Source: Candidatus Levyibacteriota bacterium
GTDB lineage: Bacteria; Patescibacteriota; Microgenomatia; Levybacterales; GWA1-39-11
Direction of reading: 5' to 3'
DNA length: 64,000 nt
Assembly (NCBI GenBank): GCA_018062815.1
Contig: JAGORM010000001.1
Span: 87,029-151,028, forward strand
Positions 41,786 through 51,299 of this stretch are shown in pieces. Position 1 is the stretch's first letter, and each line of letters starts with the position of its first letter. The notes beneath the pieces were generated by a model that saw nothing but the letters and a program-made list of their open reading frames with translations, had not been told where the DNA came from and did no database searches. A program made the translations under genes and the position numbers.

Positions 41786-44700
41786 CTAAGCTGTTTTTTC
41801 TTTATTAAACCATTGATAATATACGACAGGAATAAAAAATAGCATTATAGTTCCAGAAAAAACAAGACCTGCAATAATTGCACCCCCTAGACCCCTCCAC
41901 AATGGATCAGACAGGGTTATTGGGATAAGACCCATGATAGTGGCAAATGTTGTGAGCGTGATTGGTTCAAGTCTACTTCCGGTGGCATCAGCTATACTTT
42001 TAACAAAGGGCATATTGTGTTTTTCATTTGCGGTTATTTTATCAACAATAAGTATAGAATTCTTCACGACAATCCCAAACAAAGCTAAGACTCCGATGAG
42101 AGCCGGAAATGAAAGCGGAGTAGAGGAAACCGCAAAAAGAATAAAAACCCCTGAAATTGATAGAGGAATAACTAGCATGACAATTATGGCTTTTCTAAAA
42201 GATGAAAATTGAATAACCATTGTAGCTAAAATGAGTGTAAAGGAAAGCAACATAGCACTGAGAATTGAATTGATTGAGTTTTGGTTTTCTTCGTTTACTC
42301 CACCGGTTTTCCACGTATAGCCGGTTGGAAGATCAAGTGTTGTGTCAGCAAACTTCTCAAGTTTGGCATTTATCTCAGAGCTAGTCATTCCACCTCGTAC
42401 GCCCGCACTCACAGAGATAGTTCTTTCACCGTCTTCGCGTGTAATTTGAGTAGGATTTGGTTTGAGTTCAAGCATTCCCAGTGATGTAAGGGGAACATTT
42501 CCTTTTTGGGTTGGAATTGAAAGTTTATAGAGATCTTCTATTCGTTGTTCTCCTGTTCCAAGTCTTAGAGTAATATCAGTTTCTTCAGAAAAGTCTCCGG
42601 TTATTTTTGCACTATCAAGCTTTAAACCTGATGCGAATGTTCTAAGCCATCCGGCTATAGTTTCAGCTCCTATATTATTTGTGGCAAGAATTTCCTTTTG
42701 TGGTGTAAATACAATTTTTGAAGTACCTTCCTTTATAGATTTTTTTGGCTCTACAATTCCGTTTTGATTTTTTAGGAATGAAATTACCTTGTCAGCATGA
42801 CTATCAAGGACTGATAGATCTTCACCTAGAAGTTTTATTTGAATGTCTGCTCCCGCAGGAGGTCCACCACTCACTTCAGTTACAGTTACTACACCCTTTG
42901 AGTAGTCAGCAAGGTTTTGTCTTAGACTTTCTGCAAGTTGAATAGAGTCACGGTTTCGTTGGGCACGTTCAGGCAGTGTTATTGAGAACAAAACATTATT
43001 GATTCCAGCGCTCGTTGCGCCTCCCATATCTGAAAATCCTTGACCTATATCTGAGGTAATATAAAGGATATCAGGGGTGGTTCTTAATTTATTAAGAATT
43101 GAAATTGCTTCCTTTTCTGTAATCTGAATGTTGGTTCCGACAGGTAACTCAAGAGATACATATAGATTTTTTTGATCGCTCGGTGGGAAAAATTCGTTTT
43201 TTACAAATCCCAGAGGAAGTAAAAGATAGGAAAATACTGAAAAAATTACAACCATTATGATAACTTTACGCCTGTTACTTTTACTTGATAGAATACGCTC
43301 TAACACCCTCTCATATTGGTTACCTATCTTTTCAAAGCTTATTATCCCATTGTCTACATATGAAGGAATTCGTGTCAGAAAAGGGTTTTTATCAGTAGAT
43401 TTTTTTAAATATGTTTTTGTTTTAATGAAGAGCAAGCGCCATACAATTATTGTGATAAAGATCGTGATTATGAGTGAGAGGATGGAGAAGACGAAAAATA
43501 TGCCTTTAGGAGCAACAAAAAAGAAAAGAACGAGTAGTCCGGCAAGTAACAGTATTTGAAGCAATATAGATATTCTGCGAGGAATTTGAGGTTTAAGTAA
43601 AATTACCATGAATGGTAGCGTCATAAACATCGCAACAAAAAATGAAGCAATAAGAGTACTTGAAACTACAATAGGTATAGATTTTATAAATTCTCCAATA
43701 ATACCAGATGCGAGAAGGAGGGGGACAAAAGCCCAAACGGTTGTAAGTGTTGTAGTTAAAATTGCAACAATAAAATCTTTCCAAACAAGAATTCCTGTCT
43801 CTAGTGCTGTGAATTTTCCCGATCGATAATAGGAGCTCATTGCTGAGATAACAACAATTGCGTCGTCAACTAATAGACCTAATGACAGTAATAGTGAAAA
43901 CATTGATAAAAAATTTAAAGAGATTCCCGTGATGCGCATTACTGTAAAAGTAATAAGAAATGTGAGTGGAACAGCAAAGAATGAAACAATTGCTGGGCGA
44001 GCTCCTAAAAAGACAAAAAGTACAGCAAAAACTAGAACAATAGTTAGCGTAAAGTCACGAACAAGGTGGCTGAATTGTTCATCAATTTGTTCCCCCGTAT
44101 TCTGAATACTTCTAATATAAAATGTATTTTTGTAGGGCTCAATACTTGTTTCCACTAATTTTTCTGCGTCTAAAACAGCTTTATCAATATTTGAACCTGA
44201 TGTTTTGTATACATCAAAGACTATTGCTTTTGTTGCAGGTTGTGAGTGGGAGGCAAAATATGTAGTGGGAGAATTTGGTTTTGAACGTTCTGAAATAGAT
44301 GCAATTGATGAGAGGTGTACAATTTCTCCGTTTATGTTAAGAGTTAAATTTCTTACATCTTCAATCGTGGTTACAGAAGGATCAATCGCGAGACTGAACG
44401 AAGAATTTTCTGTTCTGATTGTGCCTGAAGGAAATGATGCAAGTGAGTTTTTGACGAGTTGGGAGAGTTGGAAAGGATTAAGCTGGTATGCATTTGCCGC
44501 ATTTACATCCATTACAATGCTTATTTCTTGTGTCTCTAGGCCGCCTGTTCTGACATGGTCGATTGAAGGTAGCTCTTCAAGTCTATCCTTAATGGTTTTA
44601 GATTGCCGTGCAATGCTTGCGTAGTCCCCGGTTCCGATAAGCGCGAATGTCCATACCGGTTGATTTTCAAAATCAATTTTTTGAATTTGTGGCTCTAGCG

Positions 44701-45115
44701 CGTCTTCCGGGAGAGTGACCGCATCAACGGCACTCTGTATATCTGTTTTTGCTTTTTCAGGATCCACAGAAGAATTAAATTCTACCTGAATAACAGAAGA
44801 GTTATCTTGAGAAGTTGAAGTAACCGTGGTGACCTTCTCAATTGATCTCACAGCGTTTTCAATAGGGATCGTAACTAGGGACTCTACATCTTCTGGTCCT
44901 GCTCCAGGAAGAACAGTTGCAACTATCACGAGCGGAATTTTCACCTCTGGATTAAGACGTCTGGGAAGACTTATGTATGATATTGTTCCAATACCAACAA
45001 CAAGTATAAGAATGAGTATAGATAGTCTTGGATTACCAAGATACTTTGCAAACCAACTTTGCTTTAATTTTGGGTCAAATTGTAATTTGTGAAGATAGGA
45101 TAGGGTTTTTTTCAT
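41786..45115 (-). CDS. RND superfamily efflux transporter (AcrB/HAE-like)
   Basis: 1109 aa, 12-TM architecture with two large extracytoplasmic loops. Proton-relay TM4 motif LGLLVDDAIVVIS. Confidence 0.9.
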   Translation of the reverse strand: MKKTLSYLHKLQFDPKLKQSWFAKYLGNPRLSILILILVVGIGTISYISLPRRLNPEVKIPLVIVATVLPGAGPEDVESLVTIPIENAVRSIEKVTTVTSTSQDNSSVIQVEFNSSVDPEKAKTDIQSAVDAVTLPEDALEPQIQKIDFENQPVWTFALIGTGDYASIARQSKTIKDRLEELPSIDHVRTGGLETQEISIVMDVNAANAYQLNPFQLSQLVKNSLASFPSGTIRTENSSFSLAIDPSVTTIEDVRNLTLNINGEIVHLSSIASISERSKPNSPTTYFASHSQPATKAIVFDVYKTSGSNIDKAVLDAEKLVETSIEPYKNTFYIRSIQNTGEQIDEQFSHLVRDFTLTIVLVFAVLFVFLGARPAIVSFFAVPLTFLITFTVMRITGISLNFLSMFSLLLSLGLLVDDAIVVISAMSSYYRSGKFTALETGILVWKDFIVAILTTTLTTVWAFVPLLLASGIIGEFIKSIPIVVSSTLIASFFVAMFMTLPFMVILLKPQIPRRISILLQILLLAGLLVLFFFVAPKGIFFVFSILSLIITIFITIIVWRLLFIKTKTYLKKSTDKNPFLTRIPSYVDNGIISFEKIGNQYERVLERILSSKSNRRKVIIMVVIFSVFSYLLLPLGFVKNEFFPPSDQKNLYVSLELPVGTNIQITEKEAISILNKLRTTPDILYITSDIGQGFSDMGGATSAGINNVLFSITLPERAQRNRDSIQLAESLRQNLADYSKGVVTVTEVSGGPPAGADIQIKLLGEDLSVLDSHADKVISFLKNQNGIVEPKKSIKEGTSKIVFTPQKEILATNNIGAETIAGWLRTFASGLKLDSAKITGDFSEETDITLRLGTGEQRIEDLYKLSIPTQKGNVPLTSLGMLELKPNPTQITREDGERTISVSAGVRGGMTSSEINAKLEKFADTTLDLPTGYTWKTGGVNEENQNSINSILSAMLLSFTLILATMVIQFSSFRKAIIVMLVIPLSISGVFILFAVSSTPLSFPALIGVLALFGIVVKNSILIVDKITANEKHNMPFVKSIADATGSRLEPITLTTFATIMGLIPITLSDPLWRGLGGAIIAGLVFSGTIMLFFIPVVYYQWFNKEKTA

Positions 45116-45127
45116 TGCACATATAAG

Positions 45128-46645
45128 TTACTTGTCTATTTCTATTTTTTCGCCTGAAACTACGTTTCTATTAAGGATTATTTTGTCTCCCTCTTGAATT
45201 CCTGATGATACTTCAACATAACTTCCATATACAGTTCCTAGTTTTATTGTTTTTGAGACTACTTTATTATTTTTTTCAACAAAAACATATGATGAATTTT
45301 GTGATTGAAAGACTGAATCGATCGGGATAAAAGGGACTGATGCTAGAGTGTCTGCATATCCAATAGGTGCTTCAACAGTAATATAGCTTTTATTTATTGC
45401 TTTTGAGATATATTCAGTGGGTAGTGTATAGAGAACGCTATAAAGCAAAGATTTTGTTGGCACTGTTGAGACATAGGAAGGACTAAGCATTATTTGCTTT
45501 TTACCAATATGGATTATGCTTGGAGTAGCTCTGGAAATATTTTGAGCTATTTCTTGCGGAACCATAAGGCTTAACGTGGCCTTAGGATTATCGTTGGAAA
45601 TTATCGCGATGACCGTTCCAGTGCTTACTGATTCACCTGGAGCTACCATAATTCTTTCAACAGTCCCCCCAAAAGGTGCTGCGGGTTGCATGAGCGCAGC
45701 AGTTACTAGAGCAATATTATACTGTATTCTGGATGTTTCCTTTGAAAGTAAAAGAGCTTTTTCTTGTAAATCAAGCTGTTTTAAAGAGATGTCTTTTTGT
45801 AGATTAGCAAGCTGTGTCGGAGGGTTATTAATGTTGGTTGTGTATTCAAGGTTTTTAAGGGTATTTCTCAGTTGATTTACTCCTGATTGTGCCTGTGCTT
45901 TTGCTTGTTGGTCTTGCAGTAATTGGTCTGGTGTTGCACCGCTTTGTTCAAGTGTTTCAAGCTGGTCTGACAATGTATTAAGTATTGTTTCGTTTTGGTC
46001 TAATAACCCTTTTGTGTTTGTCTTGGCGTCTTCAGAAATTTTTCTGAGCTCTTCAGTATTGTTATTTGTTTTTTCAGTAAGTTCTTTTTGCTTTCCAATA
46101 AGGTCCTTTTGTGCATTAAAGGTATCTTGTACATTTTTATACTGTGCGCCAGCTAATTGAGCCTGAAGGCTAGGGGCACTTCCTCCCTGATAGTTAGTTG
46201 AAAGAGATACAAGTGTTTGTCCAGTACTTACGTGTTGACCATCTGATACTTGAACCTCCTGAACAATTCCTGGCATTTGAGCAACAATTTCTACTACGCC
46301 TTCCTGTTCTACTTGTGCTTGAAGTGCAATTTTAGGGGACTCTCCAATTGAATAAATTTTTACTTTTTTAACTAATTCTTTTCTTTCCTCCGATTTTATC
46401 CCAAGTTTTGAGCTAATATTCCCTGAAATGATTATAAGTAATAGTAGACCAAGTGCGGTAAAGAAGCTAAGAAACGGATGTTTTTGTGTTAGGGTTAAAA
46501 CGTTCTTATATCCAGGTTTTGCCCTTTTCCTCACAGAAATAAACATGTGCTTCATTTTTTTTGAAAGAACGCCAAACAGGCTTAAGCGGTAGACCGGGGC
46601 AGATCTTTTTGCGTTTGGCATTTTTGCTGAATGCCTTTTTGCCAT
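45128..46645 (-). CDS. Membrane fusion/periplasmic adaptor protein (HlyD family) with long coiled coil
   Basis: Basic N-terminus plus single TM, biotin-lipoyl-like half-motifs (VVEIVAQMPGIVQEVQVSDGQHVSTGQTLVSL), about 150-aa coiled coil, C-terminal beta-barrel/MP domain. Confidence 0.8.
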   Translation of the reverse strand: MAKRHSAKMPNAKRSAPVYRLSLFGVLSKKMKHMFISVRKRAKPGYKNVLTLTQKHPFLSFFTALGLLLLIIISGNISSKLGIKSEERKELVKKVKIYSIGESPKIALQAQVEQEGVVEIVAQMPGIVQEVQVSDGQHVSTGQTLVSLSTNYQGGSAPSLQAQLAGAQYKNVQDTFNAQKDLIGKQKELTEKTNNNTEELRKISEDAKTNTKGLLDQNETILNTLSDQLETLEQSGATPDQLLQDQQAKAQAQSGVNQLRNTLKNLEYTTNINNPPTQLANLQKDISLKQLDLQEKALLLSKETSRIQYNIALVTAALMQPAAPFGGTVERIMVAPGESVSTGTVIAIISNDNPKATLSLMVPQEIAQNISRATPSIIHIGKKQIMLSPSYVSTVPTKSLLYSVLYTLPTEYISKAINKSYITVEAPIGYADTLASVPFIPIDSVFQSQNSSYVFVEKNNKVVSKTIKLGTVYGSYVEVSSGIQEGDKIILNRNVVSGEKIEIDK

Positions 46646-46665
46646 ATGGGAATGTTAGGAGATTG

Positions 46666-46694
46666 ATTTTAACAAAAATCAGATATTTGTGCAA
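46666..46694 (-). promoter_or_regulatory. Sigma70-like promoter TTGCAC-17-TAAAAT for the adaptor-RND gene pair
   Basis: Found on the minus strand in the 88-nt gap between the MacB-like permease stop and the adaptor start. Confidence 0.4.
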
Positions 46695-46733
46695 TACTAT
46701 ATGCTCCTGATGTTTACATGTTCTTGACAATAT

Positions 46734-47945
46734 CTATTCGTAGCGGAGCGCATCAATTGGAGATAACTTTGCAGCACGTCTTGCAGGATATAGTCCAAAA
46801 ACGATTCCGACCAGCGTTGATACTCCAACTGCAATAGCTATTGCAGGTAGACTTACAATGAATGGAATGTGAAAAGCTAAAGAGGAAAGAAACGCCCCTG
46901 AAATTCCTAAAATGATTCCAATCAAACCACCTATAAGAGTCATTACAATTGCCTCGACTAAAAATTGGGTTAATATATCCTTTTCTTTTGCTCCTATTGC
47001 CTTAAGAAGCCCTATTTCCTTTGTGCGTTCTGTTACTGATACGAGCATTATATTCATTACTCCTACTCCTCCTACAATAAGTGAAATTCCGGATATAGCG
47101 GCGATCATTAGCGCAAGTAAGCCTGTTATTGTTTGGACAGTATCTAGAATATCTTGTGCACTCGCTATTCTGAAATCATTTTCATCATTTTCATCTAAAC
47201 TGTGTCTATCGCGCAGGAGTTGTTCAACGTCATCTATTGTTTGATTTATACTGCCTTGATCATATACGCTTACATCAATTTCTTGAATTTGTTCCCGTCC
47301 CAAAAGATCTTTTGTAACAAAATCGATAGGAATAAAAAGCGAGTTATTAATAAATCCTCCTGCAAGCGCGCTTGAGGACTCCATTACGCCTACGACGCGG
47401 AACGATTTATTTTTTATTTTAATCACTTCGCCTACCGGAGATGTATCTTTGCCAAAAAATGTTTCAGCTGCTTCTATTCCTATAACTGCCACTCGCTCAG
47501 ATGATGACACTTCATCAGGGGTGATAAATTCACCATCAATTATATTCGGACGTAGTATATCTTGAGATTCAGAAGTACTTCCATAAACTAAAAGCTCTTT
47601 TTCCTCCCCATTTGCTGCTATTGGAACAGAAGCCATAGAGATTGGTACAACTTCTTTTACGTTTGTTAGGGAAGAGTCTTCCCTAATTGCTTCAACATCT
47701 TCCATGCTTAACGCATCTGATCCTGCGAAAGTGCTTACCTGACTTGATCCCGGATTGATTTGAAAATAGTCAGTTCCAAATGATGCAAGCTCGTTTGTAA
47801 TGAATGCAACTGCTCCTTGTCCAACAGAATAAATAAGTATAACCGCAGTAATTCCTATTATTATCCCTAACATTGTAAGTGAAGTTCTAAGCACATTTCT
47901 CCTTAGAGATTGGAGTGCTGACTTTACTATTTCCTTGTATTCCAT
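46734..47945 (-). CDS. ABC transporter permease, MacB/FtsX family
   Basis: N-terminal TM1, large extracytoplasmic domain, C-terminal 3-TM FtsX-like bundle (…LIGGLIGIILGI…); 403 aa. Confidence 0.85.
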   Translation of the reverse strand: MEYKEIVKSALQSLRRNVLRTSLTMLGIIIGITAVILIYSVGQGAVAFITNELASFGTDYFQINPGSSQVSTFAGSDALSMEDVEAIREDSSLTNVKEVVPISMASVPIAANGEEKELLVYGSTSESQDILRPNIIDGEFITPDEVSSSERVAVIGIEAAETFFGKDTSPVGEVIKIKNKSFRVVGVMESSSALAGGFINNSLFIPIDFVTKDLLGREQIQEIDVSVYDQGSINQTIDDVEQLLRDRHSLDENDENDFRIASAQDILDTVQTITGLLALMIAAISGISLIVGGVGVMNIMLVSVTERTKEIGLLKAIGAKEKDILTQFLVEAIVMTLIGGLIGIILGISGAFLSSLAFHIPFIVSLPAIAIAVGVSTLVGIVFGLYPARRAAKLSPIDALRYE

Positions 47946-47947
47946 AA

Positions 47948-48643
47948 TTACCTTTTTTTATCAGACATAATCTGTCCGTCTTTTAACCTAATAATACGTT
48001 TTGCATATTCTGCTATATCGTCTTCATGGGTAATTAATATTATGGTGTGTCCCCTTTTGTTTAAGCCTGCAAGAAAATCCATAATTTCATGTGCAGTTTT
48101 ACTGTCTAAATTTCCTGTAGGCTCATCAGCAAGGATAATAGAGGGATTCATGACTATTGCACGGGCAATTGCAACTCTTTGAATTTGACCTCCAGAGATT
48201 TGATTTGTGAGGTTTCCTGCTTTGTCTGCAATCTTGACGAGAGTTAAAGCATCAATTGCTCGTTTTGTGCGTTCTTTTTGATGTATGCCTGCGTACATCA
48301 TGGGACGTTCAACGTTTTTAAGAACTGTAGTTCTTGGGAGAAGGTTGAAGCTTTGAAAGACAAATCCGATTTCTCTATTCCTAATTTCTGCAAGCTGATC
48401 ATCTGTATAGCTTGATATGTTTTTTCCGTTTAAAGTATACCTGCCACTAGTTGGTGTATCTAGCGCGCCTAGGATATGCATGGTTGTTGATTTCCCAGAT
48501 CCTGAAGGTCCCATAATTGCTACAAATTCACCTTTGTTTATGGTGAGACTGATCCCATTCAACGCCTGATAATAGCTCCCATCTCCCAGGGGGTATTTTT
48601 TTGTAATTTTATCTAAGAAAATAAGTGGTGTATTTTGTGGCAT
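47948..48643 (-). CDS. ABC transporter ATP-binding protein (MacB/LolD type)
   Basis: Walker A GPSGSGKST, signature LSGGQIQRVAIARA, Walker B ILADEPTGNLD. Confidence 0.92.
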   Translation of the reverse strand: MPQNTPLIFLDKITKKYPLGDGSYYQALNGISLTINKGEFVAIMGPSGSGKSTTMHILGALDTPTSGRYTLNGKNISSYTDDQLAEIRNREIGFVFQSFNLLPRTTVLKNVERPMMYAGIHQKERTKRAIDALTLVKIADKAGNLTNQISGGQIQRVAIARAIVMNPSIILADEPTGNLDSKTAHEIMDFLAGLNKRGHTIILITHEDDIAEYAKRIIRLKDGQIMSDKKR

Positions 48644-48658
48644 GACATTCTTTTTTTC

Positions 48659-49909
48659 TTAAAATAACCCTTGTCTTTTGAGAGCTTCATTTGATAGGGA
48701 AACTATAACGGTATCTCCTTCATGAATACCGCTTAGAATTTCTGTTTTTGATTCTCCCCGAATCCCAATTTTTACGGGTTGGTATATGACGTCTTTTTTA
48801 TTTTTTCCCGGAACTCGTACAGCTCTCCCTCCTTTATACAGTTTGACAGCGCTGTTTGGCGCAGAAAGTACATTTGCTAATGTCTTTGAAGTAATCGTAA
48901 CATCTGCGTCCATGCCAGACCTTAAGTTATCGTCAGGATTTAAAATTTGTACATAAACGTTGTATTTAATAACACCTAGATTATTTGTTCCCACAGAGTC
49001 GACTCGGGAAACGACTCCTTTATAAATTTTTTTATTCGTTGCAGAGATGTTGATTTCTGCTTTCTGCCCTTCCTTTAGCTTTGAAATATCACTTTCTCCG
49101 ATCTGAACTACAACTTCAGGATTTATAAAGTTTGCAAGTGTAAGTACTGGTTGTGTTTGTTGTGTCGGAGAATGTGCAGAGACTGTTTTGCCCGGAGAGA
49201 CTGAAAGATTTGATACTGTGCCGTCTGCGGGAGATTTAACTGTTGCGTTTTGCGTTGCACTATAGGAAAGACTAGCACTTCCTAATGTTGCTTTTGCTTG
49301 ATTAACCACAGCTTGTTGATTCTTGTACTGTGCTTCGGCTGCAAGCCAATCATTTTGTGTTGTCGTAAATTCTGGCAGAACGCGTTCGGATGCCTTTGGG
49401 CTGCCGTCAGAATTTTGATATTTGGAATTTGTAGCAAGTTCATAGTAGGTGTCCCACGCTGCATCTTTTGCTGATTGAAGCGAATACATCGCTGCATTGG
49501 CTGTACCCAAAGCGCTTTGTGCCTGGAGAAGCGTTGCAAGCGCACTTGCTTTTTCTTGTTCTGAAGCACTACTTTTAACAGTAAACAGCGTATCGTTCTC
49601 AGTCACTTCTTCCCCATTTTTAACAAAAATATTTTCAACAGTACCGTTTGTCGGAGAATATACATCAACTCGTCCAGATACCTCTATCTGTCCTGCTTCT
49701 GTTACCTGCTCATTTATTGTGCTTCTTGTGATTTTTGCAGTAGTATAATCCGGTTTTTTGGTTATGTTTGAGATAATATTTGAGGCCGCAATTATACCTA
49801 TAATAATTGCAATAATTACAAACAGTTTCTTTTTAAAAGATAAGCGCGAAAACCAATTTTTAATTTTAGTATATGGTTTTTTTATTGTATTCATAGGAAA
49901 ACCTTGCAC
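48659..49909 (-). CDS. MacA-like periplasmic adaptor (HlyD family) for the ABC pump
   Basis: N-terminal TM anchor, lipoyl-like motif, coiled-coil hairpin, beta-barrel domain; 416 aa. Confidence 0.8.
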   Translation of the reverse strand: MQGFPMNTIKKPYTKIKNWFSRLSFKKKLFVIIAIIIGIIAASNIISNITKKPDYTTAKITRSTINEQVTEAGQIEVSGRVDVYSPTNGTVENIFVKNGEEVTENDTLFTVKSSASEQEKASALATLLQAQSALGTANAAMYSLQSAKDAAWDTYYELATNSKYQNSDGSPKASERVLPEFTTTQNDWLAAEAQYKNQQAVVNQAKATLGSASLSYSATQNATVKSPADGTVSNLSVSPGKTVSAHSPTQQTQPVLTLANFINPEVVVQIGESDISKLKEGQKAEINISATNKKIYKGVVSRVDSVGTNNLGVIKYNVYVQILNPDDNLRSGMDADVTITSKTLANVLSAPNSAVKLYKGGRAVRVPGKNKKDVIYQPVKIGIRGESKTEILSGIHEGDTVIVSLSNEALKRQGLF

Positions 49910-50004
49910 ATCTAGTGTATATGATTAGTTGCATAAATTCTAGCAAACAAAGTGAGTAAGTCAGTGACCTATATCAACTGAGCTTCAGTTTTTTTTGCTT
50001 GGGG

Positions 50005-50032
50005 TTGTCAAATAAGGGAAATGGTGTATAAT
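50005..50032 (+). promoter_or_regulatory. nusA promoter TTGTCA-16-TATAAT
   Basis: -35 at 50005-50010 and -10 at 50027-50032, immediately preceded by TG; 60 nt upstream of the nusA ATG. Confidence 0.55.
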
Positions 50033-50055
50033 AATAAGTACAAATAAGCAAAAGA

Positions 50056-50078
50056 GGTGGGAAGTTCCCACCTTTTTT
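50056..50078 (+). terminator. Intrinsic-terminator-like hairpin (GGTGGG-aagtt-CCCACC + T6) inside the nusA 5' leader
   Basis: 6-bp GC-rich stem at 50056-50061 and 50067-50072, followed by TTTTTT at 50073-50078. Lies between the predicted -10 and the nusA start codon (50092). Confidence 0.5.
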
Positions 50079-50091
50079 AAAATAAAAACAT

Positions 50092-51192
50092 ATGGCAGTA
50101 TTACAGAGATCAGAATTTGCATTAGCCTTAAATCAAATAGCCTCTGAAAGAGGAGTAGACGCATCTGTTATTTTAGAGACAATGCGTTCTGCAATACTTG
50201 CTGCGTATCGTAAGGATAATCCCTCAGAAGAAGAAGATACTGCATACACAATAGACCTAAATGATAATACAGGTGAAACACGTATTTTAAAGGACGGAAA
50301 AGACATAACTCCTCCGGGTTTTGGGAGAATTGCAGCTCAAACTGCAAAGCAGGTACTACTTCAAAAAATAAGAGAGCGTGAGAAGGACGCTATAATAGAT
50401 GAATATTCAAAGAGAATAGGTACTGTTGTGAATGGAATGATTCTTCGTTTTGCTGGGCCTAATATCATTGTGGATATTGGTAAGGCAGAGGCTATTTTGC
50501 CTGCTAACCAAAGAATTCCTAACGAACAATACTTCTTAAATAAAAAAATGCCTGTTTATATTATGGAAATTTCTGAGGAAAAGGGGAGGGAAGTGCTAGT
50601 TTCAAGAGCTCACAATGGTCTTATTGAAGGACTTTTAAAAAGGGAAGTTCCCGAGGTCTCAGCAGGAAGTGTTGTGATAGATAAGATAGTAAGAGAGCCT
50701 GGTTCTCGAGCAAAAATTGCTGTTTCATCAAAACAATCAGGAGTCGATCCTGTAGGATCCTGTGTCGGTCAGAAGGGAGTAAGAATACAATCAGTTATAG
50801 ATGCTTTAGATGGACTAGAAAAAATAGATGTCATTCAGGGCAGTTCTGATCCTGTGAAATTTATTGCAAATGCATTATCTCCGGCGAAAGAGCTTACGGT
50901 AGAAGTAAATGAGAAGGAAAAAATTGCATATGTTTCCGCACCAAAAGAGGAATTACCTCTTATAATTGGCCGTGATGGGCAAAATGTACGACTTGCATCA
51001 AAACTTGCAGGATATAACATAGAAGTGAAAGATATATCACCCATAGTAGATGAGGTAGTCATTAACGAGCCCGTATCAAGCGTGGAGACGCCTGCTGAAG
51101 AACTGTCTGATACAGCAGAAAAATTAGAACCAGAAGAAAATTCTCCAACCATTGCTACCTCACAGGAAGAAAAAACAGAAGAATCTGCATAG
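50092..51192 (+). CDS. nusA: Transcription termination/antitermination factor NusA (NTD+S1+KH1+KH2, acidic C-terminal tail)
   Basis: N-terminal ...ALNQIASERGVDASVILETMRSAILAAYRK, S1 and two KH (GxxG: GRDGQNVRLA) regions; 366 aa. Confidence 0.9.
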   Translation: MAVLQRSEFALALNQIASERGVDASVILETMRSAILAAYRKDNPSEEEDTAYTIDLNDNTGETRILKDGKDITPPGFGRIAAQTAKQVLLQKIREREKDAIIDEYSKRIGTVVNGMILRFAGPNIIVDIGKAEAILPANQRIPNEQYFLNKKMPVYIMEISEEKGREVLVSRAHNGLIEGLLKREVPEVSAGSVVIDKIVREPGSRAKIAVSSKQSGVDPVGSCVGQKGVRIQSVIDALDGLEKIDVIQGSSDPVKFIANALSPAKELTVEVNEKEKIAYVSAPKEELPLIIGRDGQNVRLASKLAGYNIEVKDISPIVDEVVINEPVSSVETPAEELSDTAEKLEPEENSPTIATSQEEKTEESA

Positions 51193-51299
51193 ACTGTATA
51201 TCTTCAATTTAAGTTTACAAAACTCATATAATTTATACATTGAAAATTCAATGAAAATTAAAGAATGTAAATTAAAAAATTTACAGAAAAAAACGCATT

